A DNA stretch of 64,000 nt from Ignavibacteriales bacterium (GTDB taxonomy: Bacteria; Bacteroidota; Ignavibacteria; UBA10030; UBA6906), in the NCBI GenBank assembly GCA_037441705.1, contig JBBIRR010000019.1, forward strand, positions 1 to 64,000. The letters are read 5' to 3'. Shown one piece after another: positions 1 through 8,731 of this stretch (its first letter is position 1; the number at the start of each line of letters is the position of its first letter). The notes beneath the pieces are model-generated. The model searched no databases. It was not told the DNA's origin and worked only from the letters and a program-made list of their open reading frames with translations. The translations under genes and the position numbers were made by a program.

Positions 1-6
1 CTAAAC

Positions 7-368
7 CCCGCCCTTCCGTCACGGCGCTGTGTGTATGGCGCGTAAGCCGCGACGGCGGAGCGCTGGTGTCACCCTGAGCGCAGTCCCGCCGCTTTTCAGG
101 CGGGACGGAGTCGAAGGGTGTTCCGCGCAACCGGGCGCAGATTCTGCGGAGTCATTCGGAGCGAGCGCAGCGAGCGAAGAATCCAGAATGAGAATCAACC
201 TGAATCCTGCATCCTGCATCCCGAATCCTGCATCGAACCTCAAACCCGGAACCGAATGCCCCATCCGCGATGAACACGTTGACGCTCGTCTCGGCAAACT
301 CACGTGCCCACCCTCCCGTCACGGCGCGAGGTGCTGGCGCGTAAGCCGTGACGGCCGGGCGCTGGTGT
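7..368. repeat. Cluster of REP-like palindromic repeats, including two ~60-bp imperfect direct copies (7-69 and 307-368)
   Basis: Both copies read CCGTCACGGC...GGCGCGTAAGCCG(C/T)GACGG...GCGCTGGTGT and fold back (16-25/46-55 and 316-325/345-354). Between them lie a GTCCCGCC/GGCGGGAC hairpin, a GTCATTCGGAGCG...GCGAAGAATC unit and ATCCTGC tandem heptamers (~204-235). Confidence 0.75.
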
Positions 369-496
369 GTAGAACCATTCAACAGCTTCGATTCTTGCGT
401 TTGCAAAGAGTTGCGTTCATCGCTCCACAATGTGAGAATCCGACCCCGCTCTTCTCAAAACCAGTCTCATCCAAGCCAAAAGACACACGCTCTGCA

Positions 497-511
497 TGGC
501 ACAACGGTTGC
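497..511 (+). promoter_or_regulatory. Sigma54 (-24/-12) promoter upstream of serA
   Basis: TGGCAC-AACGG-TTGC is an exact match to the TGGCAC-N5-TTGC consensus, 77 bp before the serA ATG. Confidence 0.65.
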
Positions 512-587
512 CTTTCGTTAGAGTGAACAAGTATCTCTTCTTCTTCGACCGCAAGAAACTTCCATCATCGCAACGAAAGGTGCAGCC

Positions 588-1523
588 ATGAAAATTCTGA
601 TCACAGACGGCATTGAAAAATCCGGAGCCGACATTCTGCTGAAGGCCGGCTTCGAGCTGACTCAGAAGACGCTCACGCCGAGCGAGTTACTGGAGGTCAT
701 CGGCGACTACGATGCAATCATTGTTCGCTCGGCAACCAAGGTCACGAAGGACGTTATTGACCACGGCAGAAACCTGAAAGTGATCGCCCGCGGCGGCGTC
801 GGGCTGGACAACATCGACACGGAGTATGCAAAGATGAAAGGCATTACCGTGTTGAACACGCCGAAGGCTTCGTCGGTCTCCGTCGCCGAGTTGACCATTG
901 CTCACCTGCTTGCACTCGGGCGCTTTCTGCCGATGAGCAACATTGCCATGCGCCACCGCGAATGGCCCAAGAAGGAATTCAGCAAAGGCATCGAAGTTAC
1001 CGGCAAGACGCTCGGCATCATCGGACTCGGCAACATCGGTTCCGAGGTTGCCAAACGTGCGCTCGGTTTATTCATGAACGTCGTTGCCTACGACAAGTAC
1101 ATCCAAACTACGGACATCAAAGGCGTTCGCATGGTGTCGAAGGACGAGCTGCTGCGTGTGTCGGATTACATTACGTTGCATGTGCCGTACGAGAAATCCG
1201 CCGGGCCGGTCATCACGCGATCCGACTTCGAGAAGATGAAGAACGGCGTCATTCTCATCAATTGTGCCCGCGGCGGAGTCGTCAACGAGCGGGACCTGCT
1301 CGACGCGCTCAACAGCCATAAAGTTGCATACGCCGCGCTCGATGTGTATGAGCACGAGCCGCCGACCGCTGAAGAGTACGAGCTGATCATGCATCCGCGC
1401 GTCTCGGTGACACCGCACATCGGCGGATCAACGGTCGAAGCGCAGGATCGTGTCGGCATCGAAATCGCCGAGAAAGTTGTGGCGGCGTTGAACAAATACC
1501 GCACGGAGAGCGTGCTGGTGTAG
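588..1523 (+). CDS. serA: D-3-phosphoglycerate dehydrogenase (D-2-hydroxyacid dehydrogenase, short form without ACT domain)
   Basis: Motifs IVRSATKVT, ARGGVGLDNID, GIIGLGNIG (Rossmann), INCARGG, TPHIGGST; next to DUF1015. Confidence 0.85.
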   Translation: MKILITDGIEKSGADILLKAGFELTQKTLTPSELLEVIGDYDAIIVRSATKVTKDVIDHGRNLKVIARGGVGLDNIDTEYAKMKGITVLNTPKASSVSVAELTIAHLLALGRFLPMSNIAMRHREWPKKEFSKGIEVTGKTLGIIGLGNIGSEVAKRALGLFMNVVAYDKYIQTTDIKGVRMVSKDELLRVSDYITLHVPYEKSAGPVITRSDFEKMKNGVILINCARGGVVNERDLLDALNSHKVAYAALDVYEHEPPTAEEYELIMHPRVSVTPHIGGSTVEAQDRVGIEIAEKVVAALNKYRTESVLV

Positions 1524-1636
1524 GTGGGTTGCTTCTCACGACCCAAAGTCGTAATCTCAGAGTGCACGAGAACGAGACTGCTTTGCTCGTGCACTCTTTT
1601 CTTATTCTCTGTATCCATCATTTGTGAGAAGCATGC

Positions 1637-2881
1637 ATGGCCACCGTTCGTCCGTTCAGGGGATTTCGTCCGTTACCGCAGTACGCAGCACAAGTGGCAG
1701 CAAAGCCGTACGACGTCCTTAGCTCTGCAGAGGCACGCATCGAGGCTCACGGGAACCCGCTGTCGTTCCTTCACGTCGGCAAGCCCGAGATTGACCTGCC
1801 CGAAGATATTGACCTGTACGATCCTCGTGTGTATGAAAAAGGAAAAGAGAATCTCGAAAAGTTGATTCGCGACGGCATCTTACAGCAAGATCCGAAGCCG
1901 AACTTCTATCTTTATGGCCAGATCATGGGCGAGCATTCGCAGTTCGGCATCATCGGCTGTGTTTCTGTCGAGGAATACTGGAACGATACGATCAAGAAGC
2001 ATGAACTGACGCGCAAGGATAAGGAAGACGACCGCACACGCCACGTCAAAGTCACCAACGCCCATACGGGACCCATCTTTCTGACCTATCACGCCGAGCC
2101 GCGTATCGATGCCATCGTTGACCGCGTGCGCCTCGTTGAACCGCTCTACGACTTCCTCGCCGATGATGGCATTCGGCATCAACTGTGGGTGATCAGCGAT
2201 GAACGGTTGATCCGGCAAATCACCGAGTTGTTTTCTCGTGTTCACCCCCTCTATGTTGCCGACGGGCATCATCGTTCGGCGGCGGCCGCGCGTGTCGGCA
2301 GGGAAATGGCACAAGCCAACCCCAACCACCGCGGCGACGAGGAATATAATTTCTTCCTTGCCGTTCTGTTCCCCCACAATCAGCTTCGCATCATGGAGTA
2401 CAACCGCGTTGTCAAGGATTTGAACGGCATGGACGAGGAACGATTTCTCGAAGCGGTCAAGAAGCAGAAATTCACCGTGCGCAAAGCCGACGCTCCGGTC
2501 AAGCCCGCGGCAAAGGGCGAGTACGGCATGTATCTGAACCGCACCTGGTACAAACTCAAAGCCGACCTCAGCTATCTCACACATCCCGACCCCGTGGAGC
2601 GACTCGATGTGTCGGTTCTTCAGAATCACCTTCTCGCACCCGTACTCGGCATCGACGATCCGCGAACGAATAAGAGAATTGATTTCGTCGGAGGGATTCG
2701 CGGCGTGCAGGAGTTGGAGAAGCGCGTCAACTCCGGCGAGATGGCGGTTGCGTTTGTTCTCTACCCTACCTCCATTGAAGAACTGCTTACCATCGCCGAT
2801 GCGGGCAAAATCATGCCGCCCAAGTCCACATGGTTTGAGCCGAAACTTCGGGATGGCGTGGTCGTGCATTTCCTCAGCTAA
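1637..2881 (+). CDS. DUF1015 family protein (ParB/Srx-like, DGHHR motif)
   Basis: VRPFRG...PYDV N-terminus, IKKHELTR, YVADGHHR, C-terminal MPPKSTWFEPKLRDG. Confidence 0.85.
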   Translation: MATVRPFRGFRPLPQYAAQVAAKPYDVLSSAEARIEAHGNPLSFLHVGKPEIDLPEDIDLYDPRVYEKGKENLEKLIRDGILQQDPKPNFYLYGQIMGEHSQFGIIGCVSVEEYWNDTIKKHELTRKDKEDDRTRHVKVTNAHTGPIFLTYHAEPRIDAIVDRVRLVEPLYDFLADDGIRHQLWVISDERLIRQITELFSRVHPLYVADGHHRSAAAARVGREMAQANPNHRGDEEYNFFLAVLFPHNQLRIMEYNRVVKDLNGMDEERFLEAVKKQKFTVRKADAPVKPAAKGEYGMYLNRTWYKLKADLSYLTHPDPVERLDVSVLQNHLLAPVLGIDDPRTNKRIDFVGGIRGVQELEKRVNSGEMAVAFVLYPTSIEELLTIADAGKIMPPKSTWFEPKLRDGVVVHFLS

Positions 2882-2955
2882 CTGCGATGCGAGGATGAGG
2901 TTTGCGCCCGTTGCCGCCGCGACGGGCTTTGTTATCTTGGATAAGTGAAAATGAA

Positions 2956-3966
2956 ATGAGGGCGAAGAAGAAGCAGGAAGAAACATTGCCGCTGTTTGGC
3001 GAGGAGATCTCTCCACGACAATCCGTGAGCGCCTCGGACTACGTCGAGAAGAACGCGCCGCGCATCAAACGCTGGGCAAGCAAAGGGATTTACTTCGGCA
3101 GCTCTTCGTGGAAGTATCCGGGGTGGCGGGGCCAGGTCTACAACAAGGACTACAGATCAAAGAAGGCCTTCAATGATAATGCGCTTGCGGAGTACTCCGA
3201 GCTGTTCCCCACCGTGTGCGCCGACTTTGCGCTGTACGACTTTCCCGACCCCGATACGATGAAACTCATCCACGATCAGACCACGGATGATTTCAAAGTC
3301 TCGCTCAAAGTCACCGACCGTATCACAATCAAAAGCTATCCCAACATTCCCCGTTTCGGTCCGAAGGCGGGGACGGAGAACCCCGACTTTCTCAATGTAG
3401 AGTTGTTTCAGGATCAGTTCCTCAAGCCGTTGGACCATCTGAAAAAGAAGCGAGGCATCATCATCTTCGAGTTCTCAACCTTCCAGCCCGGCTCGGGCGT
3501 GACGTACGAACGCTTCGTCGAACTGCTGGATGATTTTCTGGCGAAGTTGCCGAAGGGGTATGACTATGCAGTGGAGATTCGCAACAGCGAATTCCTGACC
3601 GAGGAGTACTTGAAGATGCTCGCCGCCCACAGGGTTGCCCACGTACTGAACAACTGGACGCGCATGCCGCCCATCATCGAGCAGATCAAGATCGGCGGTG
3701 TGCTGACGACGAAGTTTTCCGTCTCCCGCGCCCTGCTGAAGCGCGGCAGAACGTACGAGCAGGCCGTGAGGATGTTCCAGCCGTACACCGAGATCAAAGA
3801 GGAGAACCCTGAGCTGCGGCTCGGCATGGTCGAGGCTGTGCACCGCTGCATCACGGAAGGCCGATCACTCTATGCCTATATCAACAATCGGGCGGAGGGG
3901 AATTCACCGAAGACGATTGAGGGGATTTTGGATATGCTGGATCAGTATCCGGTGGAGAAACTGTAG
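2956..3966 (+). CDS. DUF72 (UPF0759/YecE) domain protein, paralogue 1
   Basis: YFGSSSWKYPGWRG, YSELFPTV, YAVEIRN, YINNRAEGNSP; start moved to ATG 2956. Confidence 0.8.
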   Translation: MRAKKKQEETLPLFGEEISPRQSVSASDYVEKNAPRIKRWASKGIYFGSSSWKYPGWRGQVYNKDYRSKKAFNDNALAEYSELFPTVCADFALYDFPDPDTMKLIHDQTTDDFKVSLKVTDRITIKSYPNIPRFGPKAGTENPDFLNVELFQDQFLKPLDHLKKKRGIIIFEFSTFQPGSGVTYERFVELLDDFLAKLPKGYDYAVEIRNSEFLTEEYLKMLAAHRVAHVLNNWTRMPPIIEQIKIGGVLTTKFSVSRALLKRGRTYEQAVRMFQPYTEIKEENPELRLGMVEAVHRCITEGRSLYAYINNRAEGNSPKTIEGILDMLDQYPVEKL

Positions 3967-4177
3967 GCCTTTTTCATCGTGTCATTCTGAACGGAGTCGC
4001 GACCGCTTTTTGCTCACCTGATATGTTGAGCAAGCCTGGCTCGGAGAAAGCTCTTTACTCTGGAGTCGTGAGATCGGGGCGTAACAATTGATTGAGTGCC
4101 ATTGCTTCGTCTCCGATTCTTTGAAAGGGCTAAAGCCCTTTGGGGTGGTGGTTTTGTTTTCAAACCCCAGCTTGGAG

Positions 4178-4585
4178 CTACACCTCAACCTCCACCTCCA
4201 TCCTCGCCCCATCCCTATCCGCCCGATACGTGCCCGTGCCACGAATGTCTTTCAGTTCGTCCGTTCCAGAACCCTCAAAAATTGTCAACGTTGACTCAGC
4301 GGCCCCGCCCTTAAACGCCCCGTCATCTTTCATCACGAAGCTCCCCGAACGTCCGTTGAGCTTCCCATCAAGGCGGATGAGCCCGATGTACGCTGCGGTG
4401 GAGTTGTGCTGGTCTTTCTGATCGGCGTGACTGTAGAACATCAGGTATTCAACCGTTGCCTTACCTTCGATGTCGCCTTTGAGTTCGTACTCAACGGAGG
4501 CTCTGGTTGTTTTCATCGTGGGAGAGATTTGCTGTAACGTGCTTTCTTCCCATTTCTTGACAGAGAAAGTTGCTGTGGCTTTCAT
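4178..4585 (-). CDS. DUF3224 family protein
   Basis: ATATFSVKKWEE, GDIEG, EYLM, GKLNGRSGSFV, GSGTDELKDIRG match the family pattern. Confidence 0.8.
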   Translation of the reverse strand: MKATATFSVKKWEESTLQQISPTMKTTRASVEYELKGDIEGKATVEYLMFYSHADQKDQHNSTAAYIGLIRLDGKLNGRSGSFVMKDDGAFKGGAAESTLTIFEGSGTDELKDIRGTGTYRADRDGARMEVEVEV

Positions 4586-4615
4586 TGGTTTTCTTTCTTG
4601 AGTTTCATCCAGTCC

Positions 4616-4669
4616 ATCCCGTTAATCCTGTCGGATTTTTTTTGACAGGATGAACAGGATTTACGGGAT
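4616..4669. repeat. REP-like inverted repeat between the repressor and DUF3224 genes
   Basis: ATCCCGTTAATCCTGTC ... GACAGGATGAACAGGATTTACGGGAT, with an internal ACAGGAT repeat; could also act as a terminator. Confidence 0.55.
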
Positions 4670-4686
4670 AGGGTTTGTTGATTTGA

Positions 4687-5334
4687 CTACAACTCCTTGA
4701 TCATCTTCACCACCTTCCAGCAGAAGTTCACGTCGCGCTTCTTCACCGTCATCGGCTCGAATTCGGGGTTGAGCGGGATGAGGTGGATGTAGTTGCCTTC
4801 GAACTTGACCTTCTTGAGTGTGTCTTCTCCGTTGACGCGTACGACGCAGATGTCGCCGCTGCGCGGTTCCTGCGCGGGGCTGACGATGACCGTATCGCCG
4901 TCTTCGATGCGGGGCGCCATGCTGTTGCCTTTGACTTTGAGCGCGAAGGCTTGCGGGTCTTTGATGTCGTCCACCGTGACATAGTCGTCCACGTAGTCGG
5001 GCGGGAAGTTCATGGCGAGTTTGCCGGCGGGGACGGCCGAGACGAGGGGAAGATTCGTGAGTGCCGGAGTCCTGCGCATGTTCCGACGAAGCGGAAACAC
5101 ATTCGCCGGCTGCGCCGCGGTGGGATACATGTCGCCCTCGCCGGTGAGGAGCCAGTGCGGATGGACGCCGGTGGTTTTGGCAATTTTGGTGAGCGAGATG
5201 CTGTCGGGGATTTGCTCGCCTTTTTCCCAGCGCTGGAGTGTGCGGGTGACGACGCCGACCTTCATGGCCAGCGTGCCCTGATCGAGTTCCTTAGCTTCAC
5301 GCGCTTGTCTGATGCGGTCGCCGATGGTTTTCAT
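4687..5334 (-). CDS. LexA/CI-like repressor: XRE helix-turn-helix plus S24 autopeptidase
   Basis: HTH IGDRIRQAR...LQRWEKG, Ala-Gly cleavage site VPAG, catalytic Ser (VKGNSMAP) and Lys (TLKK); AAGGAG RBS before ATG 5334. Confidence 0.9.
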   Translation of the reverse strand: MKTIGDRIRQAREAKELDQGTLAMKVGVVTRTLQRWEKGEQIPDSISLTKIAKTTGVHPHWLLTGEGDMYPTAAQPANVFPLRRNMRRTPALTNLPLVSAVPAGKLAMNFPPDYVDDYVTVDDIKDPQAFALKVKGNSMAPRIEDGDTVIVSPAQEPRSGDICVVRVNGEDTLKKVKFEGNYIHLIPLNPEFEPMTVKKRDVNFCWKVVKMIKEL

Positions 5335-5410
5335 TGTGTGCTCCTTGCTGATGGCAATGTGTTGCCGGTTCGTTATACACGACGCTCCGGGTTGTGTACG
5401 TCGGTTTGGG

Positions 5411-5523
5411 TGGGCGTGCGTTAGGTGCCCGGAGGGTGGCGGCGCTTTTTGCCGCCGGTGCCGCTGCCGCTGTGTGCAGCGGCACCGAAGCGAAAGCCCC
5501 GCCAACAGGCGGGGGAACGCCCA
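5411..5523. repeat. GC-rich multi-hairpin element (REP-like or structured leader) upstream of the repressor
   Basis: Stems GGCGGC/GCCGCC, GGTGCCGCTGC/GCAGCGGCACC and CCCCGCC/GGCGGGG, closed by TGGGCGT/ACGCCCA. Confidence 0.5.
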
Positions 5524-5555
5524 AATCCAATTTGTCAATAATGTCGTGTCGGGAC

Positions 5556-5587
5556 TTGACAAGACGACATTTATGTCGTATCTTGTC
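5556..5587 (+). promoter_or_regulatory. Sigma70 promoter of DUF72 paralogue 2 with a palindromic operator in the spacer
   Basis: TTGACA (5556-61)-N17-TATCTT (5579-84); inverted repeat ACGACAT-TT-ATGTCGT (5564-79) flanked by GACAAGA/TCTTGTC; extra half-site ATGTCGT at 5541-47. Confidence 0.7.
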
Positions 5588-5643
5588 CGCAGCAAAGATA
5601 GCGATTTGCACGAACGATGTCAAGCATTTTTTTGGAGGAAGTC

Positions 5644-6561
5644 ATGCTGCGGCAGAACGTACAATACCTGGTGGGTCTGGGGGGATGGGAACACGAGAGT
5701 TTCAATCCGTGCCTGTACGGCGTGGAGACGGAGTACTCGGCGATCAAGTTGCGATATTACGCGCGGTTCTTTGATACGGTGGAGGTGCGTCCGACGTTCT
5801 GGGATGATTCGCTTTCGGCGCACGAGGCGGAGCAGTGGATTGATGCGGTGGCGGAGAACAAGCGCTTTCGGTTCAGTGTGAAGCTCAACAAGGCGTTTAC
5901 GCACACGCGGGACTTCAAACCCGAGGTAACGACGCGTGTGCGCGGCTTGCTGCAGGCGCTGCAGAAGGCGGAGCGGCTTGGGGCGCTGCTGATTCAGCTT
6001 CCCTACTCGTTCACGAACACGAGCACGAATCGGTTTCACCTTGTGAAGCTGGGAGAAACGTTCCGGGGCTTTCCGATGCATGTGGAGTTCCGGCATGAGT
6101 CATGGAACCAACCCAATCTGATCAACTTCCTGACGGAGAACTATCTTGCGCCGGTGAATGCCGACCTGCCCCGGCTGCGGCAGTACATGCCGTTCGTGAC
6201 GGGTGCGGTGGGCGATACGGCATACGTGCGGCTGCACGGACGCAACGAGAAGGGATGGCTGGAAAACGGCGTGGACACGCGCTACGATTATCTCTACAAC
6301 AACAAGGAGCTGCGGGAGATTCTGCGCCGGTTGGTGGCGTTAGAAGAGAAGTGCAATCGCATCTTTGTCATTTTCAACAATACGACAAACGGCAAGGCGG
6401 TTTTGAACGCGCTGCAGATGCTTTCTATTCTACGGGAGGGAAAGCCGATTGCCGTGCCGCAGGCGGCGGTGACGGCATTCCCGAATCTGCTCGATGGCAC
6501 CAAGGCGGTGGTGGAGGAGAGCTTGTTTGCGGGAGAGAAGTTGCTGAGAAGAGTCGGGTGA
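5644..6561 (+). CDS. DUF72 (UPF0759/YecE) domain protein, paralogue 2
   Basis: VGLGGWEH, YARFFDTVEV, FSVKL, LGALLIQLP, VEFRHESW, YVRLHGRN, YDYLY, IFNN; GGAGGA RBS before ATG 5644. Confidence 0.88.
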   Translation: MLRQNVQYLVGLGGWEHESFNPCLYGVETEYSAIKLRYYARFFDTVEVRPTFWDDSLSAHEAEQWIDAVAENKRFRFSVKLNKAFTHTRDFKPEVTTRVRGLLQALQKAERLGALLIQLPYSFTNTSTNRFHLVKLGETFRGFPMHVEFRHESWNQPNLINFLTENYLAPVNADLPRLRQYMPFVTGAVGDTAYVRLHGRNEKGWLENGVDTRYDYLYNNKELREILRRLVALEEKCNRIFVIFNNTTNGKAVLNALQMLSILREGKPIAVPQAAVTAFPNLLDGTKAVVEESLFAGEKLLRRVG

Positions 6562-6579
6562 GCCTCGGTTCGTTCCCAA

Positions 6580-6656
6580 CCGCGAATGCACGCGAATTGT
6601 CGCTAATCGGAGTTCTTGATTCGCGTTGATTCGCGTTCATTCGCATTCATTCGCGG
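6580..6656. repeat. Short tandem/inverted ATTCGCG repeat element
   Basis: CCGCGAATGCACGCGAAT ... GATTCGCGTTGATTCGCGTTCATTCGCATTCATTCGCGG: ~9-bp tandem units complementary to the left arm. Confidence 0.6.
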
Positions 6657-6684
6657 TTCTGAAGAGGCTGGACAGCTCAGTAGG

Positions 6685-6909
6685 TCAGGCTTTGGCCGTA
6701 ATAGAGAACGAACTAACCGGTAACGATGCAGATTCAATTCGTTGAAGGTTTACAATTTTGCTCGCGTTGTCAATATCAATACCAACAATTGCACCGTTTT
6801 CATCGAAGTCCACCACAACTCCGTCGGCAATCTCCTTTGAATCGGCGCTTGGCTTTTCGGACAAGTCAATATACAGTGAGTCAGTTTCAGGATAGTAATG
6901 AATTTTCAT
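6685..6909 (-). CDS. DUF2283 family protein (putative antitoxin)
   Basis: MKIHYYPETDSLYIDLS...EIADGVVVDFDENGAIVGIDIDNASK. Confidence 0.85.
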   Translation of the reverse strand: MKIHYYPETDSLYIDLSEKPSADSKEIADGVVVDFDENGAIVGIDIDNASKIVNLQRIESASLPVSSFSITAKA

Positions 6910-7073
6910 TGCTTTGCCTCCTTGAAGTCTCTGTCCGGAAAAGCATTGTGAACCGTTTCGCCATCCGCCAATGTAACCACACGAAGATACTTCTCCAACT
7001 CCTTGATATAGCCCCAGAATCGAACTCGACCTTCAGGTTGAATCTCTGTCTTGATTAGATTGCGCAGAACCTC
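6906..7073 (-). pseudogene. 5'-truncated RelE/BrnT-like toxin remnant, the usual partner of DUF2283
   Basis: Open frame EVLRNLIKTEIQPEGRVRFWGYIKELEKYLRVVTLADGETVHNAFPDRDFKEAKQ*; no start codon at its 5' end; begins immediately after the argS TAG; its stop overlaps the DUF2283 start (ATGA). Confidence 0.65.
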
Positions 7074-8705
7074 CTACATCTTCTCCGGCGCCGAGATGCC
7101 AAGCACGCTGAAGCCGTTGCGCAGCACGATGCGCGTGGCATGGCACAGAGCGAGGCGAGCCTGAGTCAGTGCATCGTCATCGCTGACCACGCGACAGTTG
7201 TGGTAGAATTTGTGAAACACCGTCGCAACATCCTGCAGGTACTCTGCCATGCGGTGAATCTCGAACGTGCCGGCACAGTACTCCACCATCTCCGGAAACT
7301 GCAGCAGCAGCTTGATCAGCTCAAGCTCGTGTTCGGTTGAAAGGAGTGTGAGGTTGGGATTGGGGCGAAGCAGCTTGCCTTCCTCTTCCGCCTTACGCAT
7401 GATGCTGCAGATGCGCGCATGGGCGTACTGGACGTAGTACACCGGATTCTCTTCGGATTGCTGTTTGGCAAGACCGAGATCGAAGTTCAGGTGGGCCGAC
7501 ATGCTTCGCATGAGGAAGAAGTAGCGAACGACATCCGGTCCGACTTCGGCAATCAGCTCGTCGAGCGTGATGAAGTTTGCCTTGCGGGTAGACATCTTGA
7601 CGACGGCGCCGTTCTGGGTAATGGTGACGAACTGATGAATCAGCACTTTCACCTTCTGCACGTCGTAGCCGAGAGCCTTCAATGCGGCAAGCACGTCGGG
7701 ATAGGTTGCGATGTGGTCGGAACCGAAGACGTCGATGATCAGCTCGAAGCCGCGCCGGAATTTGTCAATGTGATAGGCAATATCCGGCAAGCGGTACGTC
7801 GGTTCGCCGCTGCTCTTGACAATCACCTTGTCCTTGTCGCCGCCCAGGGCGCTGGTCTTGAGCCACAGTGCTCCGTCGCTTTCGTAGCACAGGTCCCGCT
7901 TCTTCAACTCGTCAACCAACTCCTGAATCTTCCCTTCTTCATACAATGAGTTCTCGTTGAAGAAGGTCTTGTGTTCGATGCCGAGCAGTTTCAGCGTCTT
8001 CTTGATGTCGTCAAAGATTTCGCGTTCGGCGTGCTCTTTGAACTTCCCTTCGGCCGGTTCGTTGCGCAGCGTGTCGCCGTATTGCTCGCGCAAATGAGCG
8101 GCGATATCCTTGATGTACTCGCCTTGATAGTACTCCTCGGGAAATGCGATCCGGTCTCCCAGCAGCTCGAGATAACGCAGGCGAACGGAATCGCCGAGCA
8201 CGCGCATCTGTCTGCCTGCGTTATTGAAGTAGTATTCGCGCGTCACATCGTGCCCCGTCCACTCCAACAGGTTAGCGACGGTATCGCCGAAGACCGCGCC
8301 GCGGCCGTGTCCGACGGTGAGCGGGCCGGTGGGATTGGCGCTGACAAATTCGACCTGGGTTTTCTTCCCCTTGCCGAGATTGGCACGACCGAACGCAGCG
8401 TCTTTCTTGAGTAGCTCGGCTAACTGCTGCTGGTAGAATTTTTCCGCGAAGCGGAAGTTGATGAATCCCGGTCCGGCAATCTCGACGTTGCTGACAAGCG
8501 TGGAATCGAAGCGGAGGTTGGCAAGGATTTCAGCAGCAAGCTGGCGCGGATTCTTCTTCTGAGACTTTGCTAGCACCATAGCGACGTTCGTCGTCAGGTC
8601 GCCGTGCTCAGCCTGACGCGGCTTTTCAAAATTGATGGGAGTTTCCGTCGCAATGCCGAGCGAGGTTAGCGCCGAAGAGAGTTGTTGTGTAAGATAATCC
8701 TTCAT
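7074..8705 (-). CDS. argS: Arginine--tRNA ligase
   Basis: EFVSANPTGPLTVGHGRG (HIGH-like), KMSTRK, NPVYYVQYAHARICSI, LGISAPEKM. Confidence 0.97.
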   Translation of the reverse strand: MKDYLTQQLSSALTSLGIATETPINFEKPRQAEHGDLTTNVAMVLAKSQKKNPRQLAAEILANLRFDSTLVSNVEIAGPGFINFRFAEKFYQQQLAELLKKDAAFGRANLGKGKKTQVEFVSANPTGPLTVGHGRGAVFGDTVANLLEWTGHDVTREYYFNNAGRQMRVLGDSVRLRYLELLGDRIAFPEEYYQGEYIKDIAAHLREQYGDTLRNEPAEGKFKEHAEREIFDDIKKTLKLLGIEHKTFFNENSLYEEGKIQELVDELKKRDLCYESDGALWLKTSALGGDKDKVIVKSSGEPTYRLPDIAYHIDKFRRGFELIIDVFGSDHIATYPDVLAALKALGYDVQKVKVLIHQFVTITQNGAVVKMSTRKANFITLDELIAEVGPDVVRYFFLMRSMSAHLNFDLGLAKQQSEENPVYYVQYAHARICSIMRKAEEEGKLLRPNPNLTLLSTEHELELIKLLLQFPEMVEYCAGTFEIHRMAEYLQDVATVFHKFYHNCRVVSDDDALTQARLALCHATRIVLRNGFSVLGISAPEKM

Positions 8706-8731
8706 AAAGTGGGAATGACGTCGGCCCTTGC

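Noticed and set aside
1-370. Possible CRISPR array or small CDS in the repeated region
   Set aside because: Only two imperfect ~60-bp copies 300 bp apart, no regular repeat-spacer period and no cas genes; the overlapping ORFs translate repeat sequence.
1880-3016. Long antisense ORFs (also 22765..23847, 24138..25415, 29400..30941, 42923..43975, 45131..46237, 53859..54923)
   Set aside because: Shadow frames opposite well-supported genes in GC-rich DNA, with no recognisable motifs.
5510-5538. Minus-strand TTGACA (5533-38) as the repressor promoter
   Set aside because: No plausible -10 hexamer at 16-18 bp spacing.
5335-5595. 87-aa N-terminal extension of the repressor in the ORF track
   Set aside because: It runs through hairpins and the promoter; the RBS and HTH start support ATG 5334.
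4687-6909. Prophage suggested by the CI-like repressor and TA genes
   Set aside because: No integrase, structural, replication or lysis genes; the flanks are housekeeping.
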